Shown here in pieces: positions 9,248 to 17,930 of a stretch of DNA of 64,000 bases. Made by a program: the position numbers and the translations under genes. Below the pieces are notes generated by a model that saw only the letters and a program-made list of their open reading frames with translations, did not search any database and was not told the origin of the DNA. The stretch is taken from assembly GCA_963663805.2 (NCBI GenBank), contig CAXXMR010000009.1:192001-256000 (forward strand), given 5' to 3'. Position 1 is the first letter of the stretch; every line of letters begins with the position of its first letter. Source of the stretch: Sedimentisphaerales bacterium. GTDB lineage: Bacteria; Planctomycetota; Phycisphaerae; Sedimentisphaerales; SM23-30.

Positions 9248-11232
9248 CCCCAATTTCTCACTTAAGGGGTAAAAAGTGGATTTTTGGCTCCTTCAGGGCT
9301 GTTGGTCTGTCGCCAACAGTGGTGTTATTTTTTGAGCTGACCGCTGTATATTTTCGGTGGCTTTTGCGGCGGCATTTCCATCTTCAAATGGTATAGCAGC
9401 AATTTCTGATCGCCATCGGGCTCGGTATATCTCTGCATCAGCAGAGTCCTGCCGTCCTGGGTTTCAAAGGACACATCGAGCATCTGGATTCGTGACATTG
9501 TTTCCAAAACGGCCTGGCTGGTTATCCCGCAGGCACTGGCCCGCAGTCTGTGTCTCAAGGTCACTTGCAGACAATAGCTCATAAACGCTACAAACACGTG
9601 AGCATCGACCCGGTCTTCTTTATGGTGATAGACCGGCCGAACACCCAGATCGCTTTTGAGCTCCCGGAACGCTTGTTCTACATTACATTGCAGCATATAC
9701 TCCTGCCAAAGCTCTATGCCATTCTTTCCGGTTTGATTGGTACGCAAAAAGTATGTGCCGTCACGATAAATCATTTCTCGGTATTTGTTCCTATCGAATT
9801 TATAATCAAACTCACCTTCCTCAATTCTTTCCTTTGGTTTTGGAATTGTAAGAGTAACGCATTTATACGAACTGCCAGCATGATGTTTGAGTTTGCCCAG
9901 CCTTTGCATAAAACGGGCGTAATCACGATATTTCTTCAGCTTCTCCAGACCTTCCAGATAGTCACGCAGCTTGCGCTTACGCATAGCCCGTTCTTTAGCC
10001 ATCCGCTCTTTGCTGCGGGCTAGAACATAACATTCACCATCTTTTTCGATATGCTTTATGCGAACACTGTCATTTACATCATGCCAGTTTTTCACCGAGA
10101 GTTCTTTTGAGAATTCATCCAGTAATTTACGAGGAGTACCAACAAGGTAACCAATGTCATTATCACGCATGTGCTCAAGTACCGCTTCTGTGGGGATACC
10201 CCGGTCCATCAGCCAAACCCTGCCGACTTGGCCGTATTTTGACTCTATCTTGTTCAATAACGGCTTTAGCGTGGTTTTCTCCGAGGTATTACCCGCCCAG
10301 ATTTCATAATTAATCGGAAAGCCATCGGGCGTAACTACCAAAGCTATCAGAATCTGCCGACAATCACTTCTGCGATCTTTGCTATGACCAAATTTGGCTT
10401 TAGGATTCTGTTTGCATAATCCCTCAAAATACGTACTGGTGATATCGTAAAGCAAAATATCGTATTCCAGATTGAACATCATCTGCCAGGTATCTTTCAG
10501 ATAAGAGCAAAGCTCCTCTTTGTAGGGCAATATCCTGTCCAGGCAGCGGTAAAGCCGGTTCTTTTCGGCAACCTCAAAATCACAGTCCAGCAATACATCC
10601 ATTGCGGTTTGAGTAAACCAGTGCTGATGAACATAAAACTCCGCGCCGGGTTTGATAAGACGATTTACCGTCAATAATTTAACGACTTTGGAATACTCCA
10701 CCGAAGATCTTTCGGTGTCTATACGAGCGGACCAGAATTTATCCAGCCCAAGAGTATCCCATATCTCACAGCCCAGCCAACAGTCACCAAATGTTCGGGG
10801 GTTTTCCAGCCGCATCTTTGATAATTTCACGGCAATGGTATCGACATCATGGTGGGCATGATTATCCTGGTCATAAGCAAACAATGATTTGCGGACAGGC
10901 TGGTTATCCTCGTTGATTATCTCAATAGACTTTTCCCAGGACTTCTTTTGCGAATCGGAAATCTCCCCGAGATACAGAACCATCTTCTCCACATAACGAC
11001 CGCGCGAGACTTTACGCTTCTCAGCTATGCTGTAGTAGGTGTTGTACTTGCCGTTCTTCTTTCGCTTGTGCTTCTTCAGGTACATGCACATATTATCGCG
11101 GCTGAAAAACACCTGGCAATAGGGCAGGTCTGTACCAGAGCCAATATCGAACTAAAATCGCCGCTTACAACTCAAAATCACAGAAAATATTTTTATTTTT
11201 GACGGTTTTGACCGCTAAGTGAGAAATTGGGG
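9248..11232 (-). mobile_element. IS1634-family insertion sequence (1985 bp)
   Basis: 17-bp inverted repeats CCCCAATTTCTCACTTA at 9248-9264 and 11216-11232; TTAA on both flanks (9244-9247, 11233-11236). Confidence 0.9.
9325..11085 (-). CDS. IS1634-family transposase
   Basis: LYRCLD, LLYDITSTYFEG, FGHSKDRRSDC.Q, WLMDRGI, VEQAFRELKSDLGVRPVYH; probable start MYLKKH. Confidence 0.92.
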   Translation of the reverse strand: MYLKKHKRKKNGKYNTYYSIAEKRKVSRGRYVEKMVLYLGEISDSQKKSWEKSIEIINEDNQPVRKSLFAYDQDNHAHHDVDTIAVKLSKMRLENPRTFGDCWLGCEIWDTLGLDKFWSARIDTERSSVEYSKVVKLLTVNRLIKPGAEFYVHQHWFTQTAMDVLLDCDFEVAEKNRLYRCLDRILPYKEELCSYLKDTWQMMFNLEYDILLYDITSTYFEGLCKQNPKAKFGHSKDRRSDCRQILIALVVTPDGFPINYEIWAGNTSEKTTLKPLLNKIESKYGQVGRVWLMDRGIPTEAVLEHMRDNDIGYLVGTPRKLLDEFSKELSVKNWHDVNDSVRIKHIEKDGECYVLARSKERMAKERAMRKRKLRDYLEGLEKLKKYRDYARFMQRLGKLKHHAGSSYKCVTLTIPKPKERIEEGEFDYKFDRNKYREMIYRDGTYFLRTNQTGKNGIELWQEYMLQCNVEQAFRELKSDLGVRPVYHHKEDRVDAHVFVAFMSYCLQVTLRHRLRASACGITSQAVLETMSRIQMLDVSFETQDGRTLLMQRYTEPDGDQKLLLYHLKMEMPPQKPPKIYSGQLKK

Positions 11233-11248
11233 TTAAGTCCGGCGATTT

Positions 11249-12433
11249 TTATTTGAACTTCATTAGATTGAAATTGTTCTTGGCGAAGATGTACCAGGCA
11301 CAGACGGAGATGAAACCTTTCTTGCAGTCTACCCAGTCGTAACCACCCAGGTTATTAAAGGTGTATGGTAAGGCTTTGGTTTTGACGCCGTTGATGGTGC
11401 GGTCGATAAGGAACGCGTCCATCTGGTCGGCGTAGAAAAAGCCTCGATGTTTGTCAGCACAGGTTACGAAGGCGCAGGCGATATGGCCTGAGCCGTCCAA
11501 CCAGATATTATTCACATCGACCGGGCCGTGGAAGAATCCTACGGCTTTTTGGCCGTTGACTGTGAGAGTTTTGCGATAGCGGCTGTCTTGTTCGGGATAG
11601 TCCAGCAGGGCAGGGGGGGCCTGGCCTGCCATGGTTCGCCAGGTGTAAAGGTCCAGAGGTAAATCGGTTCGGCCCTGGAGTTCGATATTTATCCAGGTAT
11701 TGATTTTGGCGGCGAGCTCATGTTCTCCGAGCATGGTAAAGAGGGCATAGCAGTCGATATTGCCCTCGTGATGGCCGTAGGGCATGTGCAGCTTACTGTC
11801 GCCTTTGCGCCAGCCGTGCTGGATATATCCGCCGCCGCGGGGGTCGTCGATGTACCAGGAGATGAGCAGGTCTTTGATGAGCTTCTGGATGTGATTATAT
11901 TTGTCTGATTTATATTTGGTGCGGTAATATTCATAGGTGAAATCGAGCCAGACCATATCGCCCATCCATCGGTCAGATTTGTTGGTTTGATGATAGGCCT
12001 TGACGTTTGTAAGCTCGCCGTCCAGGGCTCCGGCGTCGTCGCTGGCTTTATAATCACGCAGGGCGACATACTGAAAGAACCCGCGAGCCTCGCCATTATA
12101 ATAGAAATTTTGAAGGTTGGGGTCTTTATTGTCAATATCGGTAGCGTGGGCATAGAAATCAAGAATGCGTTCGGCCCGTTCGCGTTCATCCTCAATTATA
12201 AAAGCCGCGGCGACCAGGGCGTTATTGAAGGTCTGGGCCTGTAGACCCTCCATCGAGGGTAAGAGCTGCTTTTCGGGGGAGGAGCTGTCCTGTATCTGGA
12301 TTAGATATTGCAGAACAAGCGGGTCTTCCGGGGCCATGGTTTCACTGCGGCGTTGGGCGAATCCGAAATTATCTGCCGCAAGCGAAACTGCCGTACCGGC
12401 TAGAACGAACATGATTGATATGAATAGTCTCAT
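11249..12433 (-). CDS. Secreted uncharacterised protein, possibly six-hairpin (alpha/alpha)6 glycosidase-like
   Basis: Signal peptide; helical Trp/acidic motifs FNNALVAAAF, WMGDMVW, HEGNIDCYALF, IWLDGSGHIACAF; last gene of the glucanase run. The CDS is solid, the function is tentative. Confidence 0.55.
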   Translation of the reverse strand: MRLFISIMFVLAGTAVSLAADNFGFAQRRSETMAPEDPLVLQYLIQIQDSSSPEKQLLPSMEGLQAQTFNNALVAAAFIIEDERERAERILDFYAHATDIDNKDPNLQNFYYNGEARGFFQYVALRDYKASDDAGALDGELTNVKAYHQTNKSDRWMGDMVWLDFTYEYYRTKYKSDKYNHIQKLIKDLLISWYIDDPRGGGYIQHGWRKGDSKLHMPYGHHEGNIDCYALFTMLGEHELAAKINTWINIELQGRTDLPLDLYTWRTMAGQAPPALLDYPEQDSRYRKTLTVNGQKAVGFFHGPVDVNNIWLDGSGHIACAFVTCADKHRGFFYADQMDAFLIDRTINGVKTKALPYTFNNLGGYDWVDCKKGFISVCAWYIFAKNNFNLMKFK

Positions 12434-12457
12434 TGTTGAGGGTTCTCCTAACTCAGA

Positions 12458-12526
12458 TAAACTGGAAATTCTAAACTACAAACAACGGAAATATTTAGCC
12501 GCGGATTACACGGTTTTTTAACGGCA
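12458..12526 (+). repeat. Dispersed intergenic repeat A, copy 1
   Basis: TAAACTGGAAATTCTAAAC (exact) and ACAACGGAAATATTTAGCCGCGGATTACACGGTTTTTTAACGGCA (near-exact) match the reverse complement of 28166-28247. Confidence 0.85.
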
Positions 12527-12552
12527 CCGCTTACTTACGTGCGCGGCTCTGA
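12517..12552 (-). repeat. REP-like repeat B, copy 1
   Basis: Reverse complement TCAGAGCCGCGCACGTAAGTAAGCGGTGCCGTTAAA is also at 51218 and, as a variant, at 44616. Confidence 0.88.
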
Positions 12553-12601
12553 TAAATTGTGGCCATTTTGCGCAAAAATTCATTTTTAAGAGACTATTGT
12601 C

Positions 12602-15200
12602 TCACGGCATCCATTCGGAGGCTATATTCGCGAAATCATCGAGGTAAAATGTGGTTAGCCACTGTTCGGCCAGGATAGCGAGGTCGTCCATATTGACCTG
12701 GCAATCACTGTTGAAATCGCTGGTCGAATCACAGCGATACAGGATGTTGACCGGCAGGGTTTGTTTGCTTAGGCTCGGCCCGCTGTAGCTTACGTTCAGG
12801 GCCTGGTCGCCGTCATATTCGAAATATTCCACCCGGAGGCTATATTTTCCCTTGGGCAGATAAGCACTGCCGGAAACTTCGGTTTGGGCATGGTTGCCGT
12901 CATTATCGACGATAAGGTAATTGTTAAGATAGAGCCGGCTGCCGTCGTCACTGTCCAGATAGAAAGTATAAGTTCCGCTGGCCTTTATTTCTATGAATCC
13001 GGTAAATCGGAAGGCGAAATGGTCTTCGTTGTTATTAATTCGGATGTCGCAATTATGAATGGTTCCCTGTTTTACTGGAGTTAGGCTGTCAAAGTCGGGC
13101 AGGGTGGTCCAGGTGCCTTCGTAGTATTGGTAGTTGAGGCCGGTATCGGTGCCAACCGCCCAGCCGAGGTTTTCCAGAGTGGGGACAATCTCCGGGTTGG
13201 CCATGAACATGTCCCAGCACAAACCGGTACGGTAATTTTCAATCATCACCGCGATGGGCCCCTGGTCGATAGCGAGGTATTCATGGGCACTCCAGCTTTG
13301 GCCGAGATGGAAGGAGTCATAAAATCCGAACGGTCCCCAGAGGAAATCTCCGTAAGTATGATACCAGTATTTCAGCGTCTCGATGGATTCATCCGGCGTG
13401 TAAGCGATAGAGCCAATCGCGGCGGTAGGGGCGATAGTGCCATTGTCAGCGCCGCCGGGAGCGTGAGCGTAATAGCTCCAGGGATTCATGCTCGCGGTCA
13501 GGCCCCAGACCACATCACTATAACCGGTCATGCCATTAGGATTGTCGATACAATAGGCCCGGTCGATAAGGGCGATATGACGGCTGTTAGCGAAATGATT
13601 GCAGTAGGCATCGCTGGTAATCCGCGGGTCGAGTCCCAGAAAAGGATAGTGCGTCCAGAACATGGGCGTTTCGAAAGGCTGGACCCATTGAAAATAACCG
13701 TAATGATTTTCGCTCACGAGATAATTTCCGACACCAGCGAAGCCATCATAATAACACGACGCGGGAATCGGGTACGTGGGTGAGGCGATCGCCAGAATAT
13801 AAACAATCATGGTCTCGCCGCCGCCAAAAGAAAAACTGCTTTCCCAGCCGTTATCAGGCCGACCACAGCCACCAGAGGCGTTTGCCGTCTGTCTCATAAG
13901 GCCGGCGGAAAAAGTTCCATTCGACTTCCTCGTAAAGCTGAGTGGCGACAGAGCGAATAGCGTTTTCGGTGGAGTTGTCCGCGTCGAAAAATTGTCGGGC
14001 GGTTAGTATCCCCTGAATCATAAACGCTGTTTCGATAATATCGACGCTGTCAATCGGATTGCCCAACAAGTCCTGAGCGGCGGGCAGTAGTTCTCCGCTG
14101 CTGCCGTCGAACCAATGCGACCAGGCGCCGTGATAGCGTACGGTTCCGTCCCGCAAAAACATCATCATTTTCAAAATACGTTTGGCTGCTTCAGTGCGAC
14201 TGACGAACCCCTGCTGTACCCCGCCGCAAATCGCCATAATGCCAAAACCTGACCCGCCGGTCGTGACATGGTCGCGTGACCAGGTATGCGAGCGTTCCCT
14301 TGCCAAACCGGAAACCGGATGGCCGAAGTCCCAGAAGTATCTAAAGGTTGCTTCCTGGACCGAAAGTACCAGTTCGTCGTCGGTCAGGGCATAGGTCGTG
14401 CCCGACACCACCGCCGAGGGTGCCGACTCACTGCCGCCGCATACCGCTGTTACGTAATAAGAACGCGTCAGGCCGTTACTGCCCAGAAAATCGGTGAAGA
14501 CCGTATAGGTATGCAAGTCCGAGTTAATCTTAGTGAATGGTCCGCCGGTGACATCCTGCCGGTAAATATTGTAACCTTCCAGATTAGACAAATCTACCGC
14601 TCGCCAGCGCAGGTCAATTCGACTGTCATAGCCTGTCGCGACTACTTCGTCGGGCACATTGCTTATCAGGCGGATATAGTCAATATACATGGTTCCGTTG
14701 TCGCTGCCGTAATTCTCGATTACCAGCGAGGAAATATGGTCCAGCGTACCGGCGGCGAAACTGCTTACATCCATCTCGACGGTGAACCATTTGTCGTGTG
14801 CGGTCGGGACCAGATTACCGCCGGCCCAATGGCCGCTCAGCCAGTTGTCGCTCCAGAACCCGATAACCCCGTTAGTTTCAAAAAGCGAGGCTCCATCAGG
14901 AATCAGGACATCGATTTTGATTTTATTGAACCCGTCCAGATTATAATTCAGCCCGCCCTGATAAACTTCCACTTTATGGTCCGTCTGACCGGTCCAATCA
15001 ATCTTCAGGACATAATCCCCCTCAGTCGCGAATGGTACGCTGCCTATGCCGCCAGCTAATTTGGTAATTGTCTGTACCTCAGATGAGGATACCACCAGCG
15101 CAGTTTCGTCTGATTCGTAGCTGGCGACGGTATATTCACCGGCCCGGACCAGTCCTGTCCACGCGAAAACAAATGCAAGGGCAAATATAAATTGTTTCAT
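12602..15200 (-). pseudogene. Modular GH144-like beta-1,2-glucanase (signal peptide, CBM-like, FN3, GH144, PA14, dockerin-like), split by a +1 frameshift at about 13859; may be intact if this is a sequencing error
   Basis: ORFs 13854-15317 and 12602-13897 together align end to end with the paralogue at 15211-17841. Removing one G from TGG TCG G CCT GAT restores LWWLWSPDNGW. Motifs TTGGSGFG, RYHGAWSHW, WGLTAS, YLAIDQGPI, LDSDDGSRL. Confidence 0.88.
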
Positions 15201-15210
15201 CCAACAAATC

Positions 15211-17841
15211 CTATTCCAGACCGACCAGCCAATTATAGGAAATATCGCTGAAATTTTCCATATCATAAGGCACCAGCCAATATTCCGCCAATTGCTGCAA
15301 ATCTTCCATGTTGACATTACAATTTCCGGTCAGGTCGCCGGTGAGGTTGCATCTCAGCAGCAGGTTATTTGGTATCGATTGGCGGGGCATATCGATTGTC
15401 TCATATTCAACCGTTAAGGAATGGCTGCCCGTCCGGTCGAAATACGTCACCGTGATGGGATGCAGGCCGGCCTCCAAAGCGATACAGCCCCACAAAGGCG
15501 GGTCGGCTGAATGCTGCCCGTCATGGTCCACCACGAGCTTGTCACCAATATAAAGCCGACTGCCGTCATCGGAGGCGAGGTAGAAATAATACGTATCTTC
15601 TTCAAGGATATTGATGTACCCACTAAACCGCATGGCAAAATAGTCATCACGATTACGAGGTATAAGCGAAAAATTACTAATCAAACCAGTTTCGACAGGT
15701 GTCAGGGTATCAAAGTCCGGCAGTGAATACCAGCCGCCTTCATAGTACTCATAAAGCAGTCCATTGGCGGTTTCCGGGACATTCATGGGGGCTTTACTGC
15801 CGCGTTGGAAGCCGACCGCGTCCATCATGTTGGTGATTTCCGGGTTGGCCATAAACATATTCCAGCACAGCCCGGTAAGATGATTCTCTATCATGGGGGC
15901 GATAGTGCCCTGGTCGATGGCGATATAACCATTGGCATACCAGTTTTCGCTGGGATTGAACGCATCCACAAAACCAAAGTGTCCCCACAGATTCTCGCCG
16001 TAAGTGTTGTATATGTGACGCATCGCCGCGGTTGATTCCACTGGTGTATAGGGCAGGGCACTGGCGCAGGCTGTCGGCGTAATCGTTCCGCCGTATTCCC
16101 AGTCGATAGTAGGGGAGTTGGCTCGATAGCCCCAGGGGGTCGCACTTGCGGTCAGCCCCCAGACCAGATTACTGTAATCGGTGTGGCCGTGGGGGTTCGC
16201 TTCACAATAGGCCCGGTGAGTCAAAGTTGTGTTGCGGCAATTATCGAACATGTTGCAGATGCCGTCGTTTTTGTTGCGGGGGTCGAACGCCAATAAAGAA
16301 TAATGTGTAAAGAACAGCGGTTGTCCGCCCTTGCCGACCCACTGACGATAGCCGTAATAGGTATCGAAATTGCGATAGTAATCCGCCCGTGCCCAGCCGT
16401 TGCGGTAAGCACTTGCCGGCATGGGATGCGTCGGCGAAGCGATCGCCAGCAGATAAGCCATCATTGTTTCATCAAATCCGGTAATCGAATGGTTTATCAA
16501 CCAGCCGTAATTAGGCGACCAGTGCCACCATAGCGTATCACTGCCGGGGTCACGCCGATACCAGTCCCACTCAACGCCCTCCCAAAGCGAAGTAGCCGTA
16601 CTGCGAATCGCCTGTTCGACCGGATTATCGCCGTCGAAATACTGCCGGGCAATCAACATTCCCTCACATAGAAAGGCCGTCTCCACCAAATCCCCGCCGT
16701 CGTCCACTTCGCCAAAAGGTATAGTCTCGCCAGTCGTGCCGTTTATCATGTGTGACCAGGCACCGTGGTAGCGAGTGGTTTTTTCGTCGAGGAAGGTCAA
16801 CATTTTCAAGACCCGTTTGGCAGCGTCCAGTCGGTCAATAAACCCCTTCTCCGCCGCCACCACAATATTAGCGAAGCCGAAACCCGAGCCGCTCATGGTG
16901 CATAAATCCGACCAGGCCCAGGTAGCGTCCAGCGTCAGGCCACTGACCGGATGGCCGAAATCCCAGTGAAAGCGAAATGTTACCGACTGAACCGATTCCA
17001 GGAACTCTGCATCGGTCATGGCGTAGGTCGAAGCACTCACAACCGGCGACAACGCCGAGACGCCCCAGTCAAACTGGGTTTCAATCCGGTAATAATAAGT
17101 CAAACCGTTACTGCTGATATAATCACTGTAAAACGTGTACGGATGTGTCCCTGAATGAATTTTTGTGAAAGGCCCTGTCGCTGAATCTGACCGGTAAACA
17201 TTGTATCCCAGAACATTCCAGCTGGAGACCGGTTCCCAGTCAATGTCAATGCGTTGGTCCTGACCGGAAGCGACCGGGACGGGAATATCATTCGCCAGCC
17301 GAATATTATCGATATAAATCGTGCCGCTGTCCGCGCCGTAATCCTGGAAAACCAGCGCGGATATATGATTCAGATTGCCGGCGTTGAAAGACGACACCTG
17401 CATCTCTACCGTGAACCATTGGCCCGTTGCGGTTGGCACAATATTTCCGCCCGACCAGTTGTCCGGCAGCCAGTTACTGCTCCATATTCCAATTAGCCCG
17501 CTCGATTGAAATAAAGCACCGCCGTTGGGGATATAAACATCAATCAATATCCGTTCATATTCACCCAGGTCATAGTTTAGTCCGCCGTGATAACATTCGA
17601 CCTTGCGGTCAGATTGCCCCGTCCAGCTGAGCTTCAGGACATAAAGACCTTCGGCAGCAAAAGGCGCGTCCCCGGTTCCGCCCAGAACTTTCTGGATAGT
17701 ACTGATTTCGCCTGATGTTACCGTCAAAGACGTTTCCGACGGTTCATAACCAGCGACCAGATAGTCAGCGGCATGAACCGATTGAATACCCCAAATCGCT
17801 AAAGCTGAAATAAGCAGATATTGTTTAATACTGAAATTCAA
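15211..17841 (-). CDS. Modular GH144-like beta-1,2-glucanase (signal peptide, CBM-like, FN3, GH144, PA14, dockerin-like)
   Basis: RYHGAWSH, DDGGDLVETAF, LWWHWSPNYGW, PLFFTHYS, WGLTAS, YIAIDQGTIAPMIEN; PA14 LASDDGSRL; tail GDLTGNCNVNMEDL. Confidence 0.9.
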   Translation of the reverse strand: MNFSIKQYLLISALAIWGIQSVHAADYLVAGYEPSETSLTVTSGEISTIQKVLGGTGDAPFAAEGLYVLKLSWTGQSDRKVECYHGGLNYDLGEYERILIDVYIPNGGALFQSSGLIGIWSSNWLPDNWSGGNIVPTATGQWFTVEMQVSSFNAGNLNHISALVFQDYGADSGTIYIDNIRLANDIPVPVASGQDQRIDIDWEPVSSWNVLGYNVYRSDSATGPFTKIHSGTHPYTFYSDYISSNGLTYYYRIETQFDWGVSALSPVVSASTYAMTDAEFLESVQSVTFRFHWDFGHPVSGLTLDATWAWSDLCTMSGSGFGFANIVVAAEKGFIDRLDAAKRVLKMLTFLDEKTTRYHGAWSHMINGTTGETIPFGEVDDGGDLVETAFLCEGMLIARQYFDGDNPVEQAIRSTATSLWEGVEWDWYRRDPGSDTLWWHWSPNYGWLINHSITGFDETMMAYLLAIASPTHPMPASAYRNGWARADYYRNFDTYYGYRQWVGKGGQPLFFTHYSLLAFDPRNKNDGICNMFDNCRNTTLTHRAYCEANPHGHTDYSNLVWGLTASATPWGYRANSPTIDWEYGGTITPTACASALPYTPVESTAAMRHIYNTYGENLWGHFGFVDAFNPSENWYANGYIAIDQGTIAPMIENHLTGLCWNMFMANPEITNMMDAVGFQRGSKAPMNVPETANGLLYEYYEGGWYSLPDFDTLTPVETGLISNFSLIPRNRDDYFAMRFSGYINILEEDTYYFYLASDDGSRLYIGDKLVVDHDGQHSADPPLWGCIALEAGLHPITVTYFDRTGSHSLTVEYETIDMPRQSIPNNLLLRCNLTGDLTGNCNVNMEDLQQLAEYWLVPYDMENFSDISYNWLVGLE

Positions 17842-17873
17842 AATAGATTCTCACCCAGGTTTATAAAGCCCGA

Positions 17874-17899
17874 CCGTCCCTCCGTTTTCGGAAGGACGG
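17874..17899 (-). terminator. Intergenic stem-loop (attenuator or mRNA stabiliser) between the LamG gene and the GH144 genes
   Basis: Minus-strand RNA CCGUCCUUCCG-AAAA-CGGAGGGACGG; only a weak U tract follows. Confidence 0.5.
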
Positions 17900-17930
17900 C
17901 CGTGCGTATTGTCAAAACATCCAATCCCAA

